This document shows, one piece after another, positions 28,778 through 37,878 of a stretch of 64,000 nt of DNA. The DNA is from an uncultured Chlamydiae bacterium. Its GTDB lineage: Bacteria > Chlamydiota > Chlamydiia > Chlamydiales > JAJFMA01. The notes under the pieces were generated by a model. It had not been told where the DNA came from. It searched no databases and was given only the letters and a program-made list of their open reading frames with translations. Numbering within the stretch: position 1 is the stretch's first letter; each line of letters begins with the position of its first letter. The position numbers and the translations under genes are program-made. Location of the stretch: contig CAVQMM010000001.1 of the NCBI GenBank assembly GCA_963713615.1, positions 2,816,001 through 2,880,000 on the forward strand, read 5' to 3'.

Positions 28778-29953
28778 GTGCAAATCAGCGGTACCATGAT
28801 TGCCAACAAAAGCTATATTGGATGCAGCCATTTCAAATTCTGCTCTGGATGTCTCTTAAATGAATCTGTAGATGCTCCGCCCATTTTACATGAGGTGGGC
28901 GAATTCTTTGATTTTCATGGCTTTAGTGGGCTTAAAGTCGTCGCGGGTTTAGCGCGTGGCTGGCGATGTCGTGCTAAGTTGGCCGTTCGAGGAACCATCA
29001 AAAGGCCATTGGTTGGCTTATTCGAAGAAAACAGCCACAAGGTCTTAAATATACCAAGCTGTCAGGTGCATCATCCTAGCATTAACAGAGCGGCTGATTT
29101 AATACGTTCATGGGTGCGGCAGGAACGCATAGAACCCTATGTAGAGGCTTCTGGAAGTGGCGAATTACGCTATATTCAGTTGGTCGCCCAGCGCACAACC
29201 GGTCGTATTCAACTGGCGCTTGTTGTTAATACCGCGACTCTTGACGTCTCGATAAAGGAGTTGTGGGGTGAACGTTTACAGCGGTTGATGGACACGGCGC
29301 CAGACCTGTGGCATTCGCTATGGATTAACACCAACACCAGACGAGACAACGTAATCTTTGGGGAAACTTGGTGGAGACAGCAAGGGGAAGAGTGGTTGTG
29401 GGAAACACTTGGTTCAGTGAATATAGCTTTTGCTCCGGCAACGTTTGGTCAGGCTAACCCGACCCTCTTTGAGGAGCTCCTACAAGAGCTTCGTTGTTTA
29501 GTGCCTATTAACGCGCACATAGCTGAGTTTTACGCTGGTGTAGGGGTGATAGGTATGAACGTAGTGGACAAAGCCCAAAGCGCGCTCTGTTGCGAAATAA
29601 ACAGGCATGGCGAAGCTTGTTTTAAAGCGGCATTAGATCGGCTTCCCGCTCACTTAGCCAAAAAAATAGCTTTTCATTATGGCCAGGCTGGGGAGTTTAC
29701 CGATTGGGTGGATAAGGCTGATGTTATCATTGTGGATCCGCCTCGGAAGGGGTTGGATGAACCTTTGCTTAAAGCGCTTACAGCACCGCATCTAAAGGCC
29801 AAAAGGCTCATTTATGTAAGTTGCGGTTGGAAGTCTTTCCAGCGTCATGCTGAAACGCTATTAACCTCTGGATGGCGGCTTAGCAGCGCAACAGCCTACA
29901 TCCTATTCCCCGGAACGAACCAAGTTGAGCTGTTGGTTGCATTTGACCTGTAA
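28778..29953 (+). CDS. RlmD/TrmA-family RNA (uracil-5)-methyltransferase
   Basis: CSHFKFCSGC Fe-S motif, FGQAN, EFYAGVG, IVDPPRKGL, LIYVSC, FPGT. Confidence 0.88.
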   Translation: MQISGTMIANKSYIGCSHFKFCSGCLLNESVDAPPILHEVGEFFDFHGFSGLKVVAGLARGWRCRAKLAVRGTIKRPLVGLFEENSHKVLNIPSCQVHHPSINRAADLIRSWVRQERIEPYVEASGSGELRYIQLVAQRTTGRIQLALVVNTATLDVSIKELWGERLQRLMDTAPDLWHSLWINTNTRRDNVIFGETWWRQQGEEWLWETLGSVNIAFAPATFGQANPTLFEELLQELRCLVPINAHIAEFYAGVGVIGMNVVDKAQSALCCEINRHGEACFKAALDRLPAHLAKKIAFHYGQAGEFTDWVDKADVIIVDPPRKGLDEPLLKALTAPHLKAKRLIYVSCGWKSFQRHAETLLTSGWRLSSATAYILFPGTNQVELLVAFDL

Positions 29954-31636
29954 TGGCAGAAGAGTCGTGCCTACGGAGTAATGGTCCGAAGGTGTATTAA
30001 TATTTGGTAGTGCAATTGTAAGATCTGGTTTTGTTTGTTTAAACCCAACCGTTGGATTTGTCATTTGATAAAGACCTCCAGTTTCAGGTTTTAATATAAT
30101 CAGGTAGTCCTCTTCATCGACAGCAAATCTTCCAGCCTTTGAATGTTGAACGGTTACCATACGTCTTTTGATGGTGGTAGGGCCAACGCGTGTGGCAATA
30201 AGCCCGAGCGATTGCAATTGATTACGTAAAAGCTCTACGTCTTCATCTGATTTGGTATTTGCATCTATCCCAATCACGAGTTGAAGATCTTTATTTTCAG
30301 GTCTCTCGGTGAGTTGATGAAATTTTTCTACCACCTTAGTGATTTGTAGGCGTCCGTCGTCTGATTGGGTTGAATTTCCATGACCTGATGCTAAGAGGAA
30401 TTTCTCTCCTGTATCCTTTTTTGTCGCTAAAATAACGTTTAAACGTCCCCGCTCATATTCTTCGTAATCGTCAACGGCTATAACTTGATAGGTGGGCTCC
30501 CAAGCATCTCCTCGTAGGAGAACTAACGTGCCATCTGCAGCATTTTGAAGGCCCACGGAATGAAAGAGCCCATCTCCTGTGAGTAGTTGAGGGACTATGG
30601 TGTCACTTTCTTGGATAAAGACGATGCTAGCATCGGAAGCTATGAGATTGTCTCTAAACATCCTAGCTCTTTCGGTAGGATTTCCTAAGGTGTTTGTAAA
30701 TATTTTCTTCACCTTATTGATTTGAGAAATCATTGCGTCGTTTTGACAGGTCAAGTGAAGATTCATAGATTGATAAAGCCAATAAAGGAATACCTGACCT
30801 GCTGGAGTGGTAAAAACAGCTAAATCAGTATTGTCCGCATTTTCCCCTAAATACTTCTTTAAAAAGAGAGGGTCTATTTTTTTTACGGTATGTAGCAGTT
30901 TTTCTTTTGATTTTACACAGCTGATGATGTCCTTTGTAAAGAGAGAGTGCAATAGATCGATCTTTAGCTCAACGGAGTTTTTGCCTCGCAATGATTCGGT
31001 TGAACTGAGGATAGGCAGATCAAAAACTCGCCCTTCTCTTGTCGCTTTATCACGCAGAATCTTATCCAAACTCAATAGATCTTTTGGATTATGTCGAAGG
31101 AAGGAAAAGATTTTTTGATCACGGTACCGTTGCAAGAAATTGAGAAGGTCGGTGAGATCAACTTTAGAAAAACCATCAATTTCAAGTTCTTGCTGCTTTT
31201 TTGTAAGCTGTTTGATTAGCTCGGGAGGAATGAGTTCATGTAAAGTAGGGCCATGCTGGAAATCTTTTTGAACAGCCTTCGCGATCGACTGTTGACGGTA
31301 TTGTTCAATCTCTTCGGTAGATGGGTTGTCTTTTTTCATCTGACAAATGATTTGTAAATCAGGTGTGTTGCTTGCTAAGGCTTCTCTGGAAACGACTTGT
31401 TCAAAAACATATTCGCGAATAGGATTGACCTGATCTCCATAATTCCCGTCAAATTCAAAAGGATCATTAAATGACCCTAAAATATTTGAAGTAAAAACAA
31501 CGAGGGAATTCGCTTTATGATTTGCATAATCAGCCACGCAATCCTGCGCACATAAACCCTTCGTGAACCCAATGGCACAAAGTCCTAGGCAAGTTATAGC
31601 TAGGGGCATCCAGGTGAATCGAAAACATTTAAACAT
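29903..31636 (-). CDS. Secreted endonuclease/exonuclease/phosphatase (EEP) domain protein
   Basis: Signal peptide; TSNI, VFIQE, SGHG, GIDAN, DYL, PSDH motifs in EEP order. Confidence 0.7.
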   Translation of the reverse strand: MFKCFRFTWMPLAITCLGLCAIGFTKGLCAQDCVADYANHKANSLVVFTSNILGSFNDPFEFDGNYGDQVNPIREYVFEQVVSREALASNTPDLQIICQMKKDNPSTEEIEQYRQQSIAKAVQKDFQHGPTLHELIPPELIKQLTKKQQELEIDGFSKVDLTDLLNFLQRYRDQKIFSFLRHNPKDLLSLDKILRDKATREGRVFDLPILSSTESLRGKNSVELKIDLLHSLFTKDIISCVKSKEKLLHTVKKIDPLFLKKYLGENADNTDLAVFTTPAGQVFLYWLYQSMNLHLTCQNDAMISQINKVKKIFTNTLGNPTERARMFRDNLIASDASIVFIQESDTIVPQLLTGDGLFHSVGLQNAADGTLVLLRGDAWEPTYQVIAVDDYEEYERGRLNVILATKKDTGEKFLLASGHGNSTQSDDGRLQITKVVEKFHQLTERPENKDLQLVIGIDANTKSDEDVELLRNQLQSLGLIATRVGPTTIKRRMVTVQHSKAGRFAVDEEDYLIILKPETGGLYQMTNPTVGFKQTKPDLTIALPNINTPSDHYSVGTTLLPLQVKCNQQLNLVRSGE

Positions 31637-31730
31637 GATAAAGTCGTCGTAAAAATTTGTTCTGTCGTGTTTAAACAGCTGGTTGTTTTATATGTTTATG
31701 TTGTTGTAATTTTACTATTTTTAAATTACT

Positions 31731-32020
31731 TTGAAAACAACAAAAAAATGGGAGAAAGAGGGGCTGTGTCACCACTATACCTACGATGGGTTTAGTCGCC
31801 TGATTCGCACCGATACCTATGACAGCCTGGGTACTCTGCAATACTCGCTTGACAAGGAATATACGGGAGCCATCTCGCGAGGGAAACTGACGCTCTGGGT
31901 TATTCCACCACCTTTGAGTACGACTTCGCTGGACGCAAAATAAGTGAACGCAAGCGGGGCGCGGGAGCATTTAGCCTATCCACCTGCGGCTATGATTCTC
32001 TGGGAAGATTGAGGACTACT
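31731..32020 (+). pseudogene. RHS/YD-repeat protein fragment
   Basis: HYTYDGFSRLIRTDTYD in one frame; LGYSTTFEYDFAGRKISE and GYDSLGRL-like segments in other frames; short and frameshifted. Confidence 0.6.
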
Positions 32021-32030
32021 CGGCAGTATT

Positions 32031-32402
32031 TTGGAAGTGCCGAGCCTGACTACATCGCGCAAATCCAGGAATACGATTTTCTCGATAGACAGATTTCATC
32101 TTTTATTACTGATAGAGGGTATTGAAGGGATTAAAAAACCTGAAGCTTGGATGGAAGTAGCCTTAAAAGAAAACTTTTCCACTCAAAATAACAATCTCAA
32201 AGAGAATCGACTCTTTACAGAGGACTTTGTGAGAAGAAATAACTGGAAGGATATCAAAATAACTCAATCCTACTGTACTCATTCGCTCTCCAGCAAAGAT
32301 TACCCCTTTAAATTGCCTCCAGAAGATTTTCGGAGAATGCTCGTTGACTGCTACAAACAGTACTGCCAAAGCGAGGAAGTGGCTGATGAAAACAGAGATT
32401 GA
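32031..32402 (+). CDS. Hypothetical protein or gene remnant
   Basis: 123 aa ORF overlapping the start of the DUF5681-like gene; start uncertain. Confidence 0.35.
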   Translation: MEVPSLTTSRKSRNTIFSIDRFHLLLLIEGIEGIKKPEAWMEVALKENFSTQNNNLKENRLFTEDFVRRNNWKDIKITQSYCTHSLSSKDYPFKLPPEDFRRMLVDCYKQYCQSEEVADENRD

Positions 32403-32868
32403 ATCTCCTGAAAATTCAGGAAAAATACAGGCTAAGGGAAAATATAAGAAAGGGTATTCGGGTAATCCAAGAGGAAAACCTAAAGGCGCTCGAAATAAAT
32501 CCACTTTGGCAGCAGAGGCCCTTTTGGAAGGTTCTTTAGAAAAAATCTGCAGAAAAGTCGAGGGAGAGGCCTTAAATGGCAATATGCAGGCTGCAAAAAT
32601 GATCATAGAGAGATTTTTACCACTGAGAAAAGATAGATGTATCGAAATCGACCTTCCCTCGATAGACACATTCGAGGATGCTCTCAATGCTGTTGGATTC
32701 ATTGTCAATGCAGTAGGAAAAGGCAAGATCACCCCTTCTGAAGGAGAAATGCTTGCCAGAATGGTGGAAAGCCACTCGAAGGCTTTGGAAGTTTACCAAT
32801 TCGAATCTAGGCTAAAAAACTTAGAAGAAAATCTAAACAATAGGAGTAAAAATGAAACTTGCAAATAG
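32386..32868 (+). CDS. DUF5681-like protein of phage/satellite origin
   Basis: GKYKKGYSGNPRGKPKGARNK motif, then ALNGNMQAAK and GKITPSEG; ATG at 32386. Confidence 0.75.
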   Translation: MKTEIESPENSGKIQAKGKYKKGYSGNPRGKPKGARNKSTLAAEALLEGSLEKICRKVEGEALNGNMQAAKMIIERFLPLRKDRCIEIDLPSIDTFEDALNAVGFIVNAVGKGKITPSEGEMLARMVESHSKALEVYQFESRLKNLEENLNNRSKNETCK

Positions 32869-33058
32869 AAAACGAGTAGAGGAGCTGGAAAAGGCTTGTA
32901 ATTTTGAGAAGGGCAAGCCCTCTTATGCTCTGGTTATATACAGCGCAGAAATGGCAGATAAAATTTCTGCACTCGAGGTAGATGCTGATTTTGTGGTAGC
33001 TTTGCCTGATAATGGAAGAGGCGATCTTGGTGAAGAAATACCCAAAAGGAGGGTATAA
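32852..33058 (+). CDS. Small hypothetical protein, 3' end disrupted by a frameshift and ISAs1
   Basis: Paralogous to 39675-39852 (SYALVxYS...LExDADFVVALPDNGRGDL). Confidence 0.6.
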   Translation: MKLANRKRVEELEKACNFEKGKPSYALVIYSAEMADKISALEVDADFVVALPDNGRGDLGEEIPKRRV

Positions 33059-33060
33059 GG

Positions 33061-34299
33061 CAGGGAAATTGCATGAAGAATTTAGTTTACGCCAAGCAAC
33101 CCCAATAAGTAGCCACGGTTCCACCCTGCTTTCGAACGGCGATTTTTAATCCCTGCCTTTGTCTTTTTATCTGCCTTTAAAATATTTAGCGTGGCCCGTC
33201 GAAGCACGGAAAAATTTTCCGCCCCATTATCTTTTCTTACTTTGCATCCATCCTCTGCATAGGATACATCTAGCTGCCAGTGCAACTGGTTCTCAATTGT
33301 CCAATGAGAGCGTATCGCATGGGCCATTTTCCTCGCATCGGACGAGAGGCTGGATATGTAAAACCGTGTTTCTGTTGAAGTTACACCCTTAATTGTTCTT
33401 GTACTCCTAACTGCGGCAAGACTCCTTAAACCTGTCCATTCTGTTTTTTGTGGTAGCCACTCAAGATCTTCACATACCCAAACTTCTCGTTTCTCAACTC
33501 GTCCTCGCGACTTTTCTTCGCTCACAAAAAAGTCACAACCACTGGCTTCCGGTAGACCTTCAACCACTTGCTCAAAAAAGTTTTGAGCCTCAGCATGTAG
33601 ATGTCCTTGATTCCCTTTTAGACCTATCACGTAGTCTCCTCCTTGCTCCACGATCTGCTTAACAAGTGGCCTATGACATCCTCCGGCATCCACTGTAATT
33701 GTAGCACCCCTAATATCGAGCATGGCAAGAAGCAAGGGAAAAGCAGTGATTTCATTGGATTTTAGCTCTGTTGCAAGCTGCCCTAGAACAAGTTGATTTT
33801 CCGCTGAAAATGCACTCACGATATGAATGGCTCTTACATCATTTGTCGTATCGGAAGAGTTGCATAAGGTTTTGCCGTCCAAAGCGATGATGCCACCTAT
33901 CGTTTTGGCAATATGCTGAGTCCAGTTAATAAAACACCGCTCAAACGCCTGTGGGTTGACAAAGCGGAAAAAGCGCGAGAAAGTGTCATGCGAAGGGACA
34001 CCATCAGAACACATTTGAAGCTCGTGTAACCATTCAAGATTAGACTCAGACCATAAGCTAACCTCTACCCAATCATCAGCCCCGCAAAGTATAGCGAGGA
34101 TGGCGATCGATACGATCTCGGAGACACTGTAGGCCTGGTTTCTTGCCTTACGAGGATCTGGTAGGATTGAAAACGCGAGCATGATAGAAGTTTCTCTGAC
34201 TGCATGTTGTTGTGACATTATACATCTCCCTGATGAAAAGGAGAAGTAGTCGCAACAATTTGAAAAATAGTCAAATCATTTCTTCATGCAATTTCCCTG
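33061..34299 (-). mobile_element. ISAs1-family insertion sequence
   Basis: IR CAGGGAAATTGCATGAAGAA at both ends; 10-bp TSD GGGTATAAGG (33051-33060, 34300-34309). Confidence 0.95.
33082..34218 (-). CDS. ISAs1 transposase
   Basis: DPR, PSHDTFSR, IALDGKT, KSNEITA, LKGNQ, IRSHWTIENQLHWQLDV.Y.ED. Confidence 0.95.
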   Translation of the reverse strand: MSQQHAVRETSIMLAFSILPDPRKARNQAYSVSEIVSIAILAILCGADDWVEVSLWSESNLEWLHELQMCSDGVPSHDTFSRFFRFVNPQAFERCFINWTQHIAKTIGGIIALDGKTLCNSSDTTNDVRAIHIVSAFSAENQLVLGQLATELKSNEITAFPLLLAMLDIRGATITVDAGGCHRPLVKQIVEQGGDYVIGLKGNQGHLHAEAQNFFEQVVEGLPEASGCDFFVSEEKSRGRVEKREVWVCEDLEWLPQKTEWTGLRSLAAVRSTRTIKGVTSTETRFYISSLSSDARKMAHAIRSHWTIENQLHWQLDVSYAEDGCKVRKDNGAENFSVLRRATLNILKADKKTKAGIKNRRSKAGWNRGYLLGLLGVN

Positions 34300-34369
34300 G
34301 GGTATAAGGTGTTTTTTGATTAAAGATTTATAATTTCCTTCGGTGATAGCAGCTAAATTTTTTTCAAAA

Positions 34370-36016
34370 TTATTGGGCTATATAGGCTTGATTTGGTGAG
34401 TTCCCTCTTTCTGGATACACATATTTTAATAAACCATCTTTGACTAAAGGTGTTAGATACTGCCTGACCAAGTGTTTTTTATCTTTTCTATCGAGAAGCT
34501 CGGCAATTTGCTGAGCCGTGAGGGGGTGCCAACTACAAAGAGCATAGATCATGGACTTAAGCTCTTCTTTTTTAGGATGTTTCTTCAGCTTCTCGAGTTT
34601 TAATTTTAATTCTATTGGGAGACTCTCTTCTTTAGTAATCGCTTCCAACTGGTGTGTTTTCGGCTCAAGCTGGTGTGTTTCTTCTTTTAACTGGTGTGTT
34701 TTCTGCTCAAGCTGGTGTGTTTTGTCTTCTATTGGTGGTGATTTTTCATCTACAAAGGCGATTTTTCTATATGTTTCGGGGTGAATAGGCAGTGTAACCA
34801 AAAAGAAACTATGGTGTTCATCTGTTTTAAATATCGGCGGGGGTGACCCATTAGCTTCCATTGCATTACGGATTTTTGGTACACCTGTACAGCGTCCTTC
34901 CGTTAAATGGAGTTCCTTGAGAAAATCTCCTATTCGTCTGTTTCTGTATGTCCTAACTCGGACTGACCCCTTGTTTAAGTCTTCAATTTTGAGTGGGGGT
35001 AATGGTCCAGGAAATGATAAAATCTCAATCCGGTCGTTATGGATGCTGATTTCAATCGGCTCTCTTTGAGCGTAGTCTTTATGATAAATAGCATTTGCCA
35101 AAACTTCCTCTAAAGCAACATAAGGGTAGTTGTAGAATCGATCGGCTTCCGCGCGATCGGGGCGTTTGCGTACTTCCTCTTTAATCAACATCGACTGAAG
35201 ATACCGCAAGGCTTCTTTCAATTGGATATGGATAGGCCCTTTAAAAATCTTTTCCGAGAATCTATCCCCGATTTCATCATGAAAATCGACAACGTCTATT
35301 TGAGCATAGGGGAAGAATTTTTCAGGATGATTATTGAACATCATTAAGCCAATATTCAATGGTCTTAAAAACTCTTCAGGACCTTGGACAATTTGCATTT
35401 GGCGACAAAGGTGCGTAAAAGGGATCTTATCAACTTCAGTAAGAAGGTCGCTCTTAATTTCGCGAAGAAAATCTTTGATTATCCCAACATTAAGATCCGA
35501 TAATTGAGCCTGATGACAAATGCGGTCGTCAAAAGGTACCTGATTTGCCATTTCGTGAAGTTTTTGAATATCTGCAGGTTGTGCTTTTATCGTTGAGGAA
35601 TTGCGTCTAATAAAATGTGAATATGTGGCGTTTTTTCCAAGTGTTTCAGGGGCTTGATAAGGTCTCGTCTGGCCGCCTGGACACCAAATGACAAGAATCA
35701 TTTTGTCTTGAAAATTGACGGGCGCCACAACAGGGTTATACTGCGGGCGAATCCTATAACCCAATTCCAATATTTCCTTTTGAATTGCATCGATTTTGTT
35801 TGGAGCTAAACCGATAGGAGGGAAAATTGGTTGACCATCTTTTTCTTCGACACCTATTATTAAGTAACCTCCACCCCAATTGTTAATATCATTTGCAAAG
35901 GCAGAAACTGTACGAATGAAGGCTTCGGGATTCCACCCCGCCTTAAATTCAAGGCGTTCCCATTCAACAATCTGTCCTTTAAGTAATTCATCGATATTTA
36001 TGGGAAGAGCAGTCAT
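34370..36016 (-). CDS. AlbA_2/Schlafen-domain protein with HATPase_c_4 (RecG-C-like) and C-terminal winged HTH
   Basis: EWERLEFK, SAFAN...GGYLIIGV; ALEEVLANAIYHKDY, YRNRRIGDFLKEL, EGRCTGV; C-terminal RQYLTPLVKDGLL...SPNQAY. Confidence 0.85.
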   Translation of the reverse strand: MTALPINIDELLKGQIVEWERLEFKAGWNPEAFIRTVSAFANDINNWGGGYLIIGVEEKDGQPIFPPIGLAPNKIDAIQKEILELGYRIRPQYNPVVAPVNFQDKMILVIWCPGGQTRPYQAPETLGKNATYSHFIRRNSSTIKAQPADIQKLHEMANQVPFDDRICHQAQLSDLNVGIIKDFLREIKSDLLTEVDKIPFTHLCRQMQIVQGPEEFLRPLNIGLMMFNNHPEKFFPYAQIDVVDFHDEIGDRFSEKIFKGPIHIQLKEALRYLQSMLIKEEVRKRPDRAEADRFYNYPYVALEEVLANAIYHKDYAQREPIEISIHNDRIEILSFPGPLPPLKIEDLNKGSVRVRTYRNRRIGDFLKELHLTEGRCTGVPKIRNAMEANGSPPPIFKTDEHHSFFLVTLPIHPETYRKIAFVDEKSPPIEDKTHQLEQKTHQLKEETHQLEPKTHQLEAITKEESLPIELKLKLEKLKKHPKKEELKSMIYALCSWHPLTAQQIAELLDRKDKKHLVRQYLTPLVKDGLLKYVYPERGNSPNQAYIAQ

Positions 36017-36052
36017 TTCAAAGTCTGTGGTACAAATAAGTAAACATAATTT

Positions 36053-36304
36053 TTAAAGCACACCTATGAGTTGGCCTTTTTCTTTTATATTATTTTGTTT
36101 AAGGCGATCTTTTCTTTTGTAATTCGAGAAAAGCTTCTGCAATTTTTGAATTGCCAAAGGTGAGGGCTTTGCTTTTTGGTTTTCCCAACGATTAACAGTG
36201 GGAAATGAAACGCCGAGCTTGGCAGCAAACTGTTCTTGGGTTAAACCCATTTCAAGTCTGATTTCACGAATTTTTGAGGGAATAATTTTTTCAGAATCTA
36301 GCAT
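36053..36304 (-). CDS. XRE-family helix-turn-helix regulator
   Basis: IREIRLEMGLTQEQFAAKLGVSFPTVNRWEN. Confidence 0.9.
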   Translation of the reverse strand: MLDSEKIIPSKIREIRLEMGLTQEQFAAKLGVSFPTVNRWENQKAKPSPLAIQKLQKLFSNYKRKDRLKQNNIKEKGQLIGVL

Positions 36305-36702
36305 GTCGGTACCGTGGATCTTTGACTTGCATTTTAATGCTTTTTAGATATATCATTCCTTATAAATTATGATATATTTGCACACAAGAAGAATATGCGA
36401 ATTGCAGGCATGTACGGCGACAGCGATGATGGCACCTCGGCGACACGCAGTTGGCACCTTCCATCACCGCCCGGCGTCAGCGAGTTGGCACCTTCCATCA
36501 CCGACTGACGACAACCTCCTGGCACCTCCTCCATCACCGACCCGCGACACGCGGTTGGCACCTCCCATCACCGCCCGACGACAGTCGGTTGGCACCTAAA
36601 AACAGGCCAGAATCACCCGGGCCCAGATCCTTCTCGTCTGAAGTCCTTCCAGCCCGGTCCATACCCGCAGGGCGAGTATGGACCATCTGTTCTAACTTCT
36701 TC

Positions 36703-37071
36703 TCAGATCACTGGATCGTCTCCGATAGTCTTTCTAGTGCTACCCTCCAGAGCCTCCAAGTCTTCCTCCAATTTTGCATGAAAGGCATAGATCTGTTCCA
36801 GATATTCTGCAACAAGTTCTCTAAAACGTCTACGTAGATCTTCCTCCAAGCCAGCTACTAGGGCCAATAGCTGAAAAATCCCTTCTCGCACCTCTAAAGA
36901 TGGGGCCACATAAGTCCTGTCTCCACTTAGGGCGTTTTCTATTGAGCTATCGGCTCTACGCTCAAGCTCAGCCACCGCATTTCGTAAATCCTCAACCAAA
37001 GCCCTACTGAGAAGTATTTCTGAATGATGTTTCATGTTTACCTCGAATCTTGTATTTCTTGATTCATGCAA
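36703..37071 (-). CDS. Helical hypothetical passenger protein inside IS21
   Basis: 122 aa acidic, coiled-coil-like ORF downstream of istB and inside the IRs. Confidence 0.5.
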   Translation of the reverse strand: MHESRNTRFEVNMKHHSEILLSRALVEDLRNAVAELERRADSSIENALSGDRTYVAPSLEVREGIFQLLALVAGLEEDLRRRFRELVAEYLEQIYAFHAKLEEDLEALEGSTRKTIGDDPVI

Positions 37072-37862
37072 GTACTCAATGTTTTCGCCCGATCCTGGTC
37101 GGTCACACTGGCTCTTGCTTTAGCTGACAAGCTGTTCCTGCGATAACTTTCGCCGTTGATCTGGATAATTTGAGCGTCATGTACCAGCCTGTCTATTGCG
37201 GCCACCGCCATAGCTTTATCTTGAAATATGTTGGTCCATTCACTGAATGGCTGATTACATGTTATGATCAGGCTCTTTCGCTCATATCGCTCTGAGATCA
37301 GCTCAAAGAGAACATTTGTTTCCATGAGATCCTTGTTGGCATAGCCAAAATCGTCTAAAATCAAACAATCATATTTATCCAGCTTTGCTAGCGTTGTCGG
37401 TAGCGTCAGGGCCTGTTTTGAGGCTTGAAGCCTTTGAATGAGCTCGGTGGTACGCATGAACAAAACACGGAACTTGTGCTCTAAGAGTCCCGCTCCAATT
37501 GCAGCTGCCAGATGTGTTTTACCAACTCCTGAGGGGCCAAAAATCAGAATGTTTCTGCCCTCGCGTAGCCAGTTCCCACCTGAGGCTAATGTACAAATCA
37601 ACGTCTTATTGAGCGATGTCACTTTGAAGTCGAAGTCTGTAAGTGTTTTACCTAGGGGCAGGCAGGATTCCTTCAGGTGCCTGATCATACGACGATCCGT
37701 TCTTCCTGTTAATTCGTGTTCACACAAGACTTTCAGGCATTTGGCGCTTCCCCACCCTTCAAGGTCCGCTTGATGACTCATTTCTTCCCACAAAGCGGCC
37801 ATTGTTGGCAGGCGAAGCTGCTTGAGTAGTATCGGTAGTACTGCTTCTTCTTTTGTAACCAT
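37038..37862 (-). CDS. istB: IS21 helper ATPase
   Basis: LKQLRLP, GPSGVGKTHLA, LILDDFGY, ERYE, AAIDRLVH, GESYR. Confidence 0.95.
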   Translation of the reverse strand: MVTKEEAVLPILLKQLRLPTMAALWEEMSHQADLEGWGSAKCLKVLCEHELTGRTDRRMIRHLKESCLPLGKTLTDFDFKVTSLNKTLICTLASGGNWLREGRNILIFGPSGVGKTHLAAAIGAGLLEHKFRVLFMRTTELIQRLQASKQALTLPTTLAKLDKYDCLILDDFGYANKDLMETNVLFELISERYERKSLIITCNQPFSEWTNIFQDKAMAVAAIDRLVHDAQIIQINGESYRRNSLSAKARASVTDQDRAKTLSTCMNQEIQDSR

Positions 37863-37878
37863 GAATCTTCTCCTAAAT

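Noticed and set aside
31700..32400. Integrase or att duplicate at the far end of the tRNA island
   Set aside because: By eye I found no copy of the tRNA 3' end and no tyrosine or serine recombinase motifs.
36430..36600. CRISPR-like periodic GGCACC...CCATCACCG repeats (also 39485-39655)
   Set aside because: They lie inside the mirror-image ends of the IS21 and are best explained as transposase-binding repeats; intervening segments are short and similar to each other.
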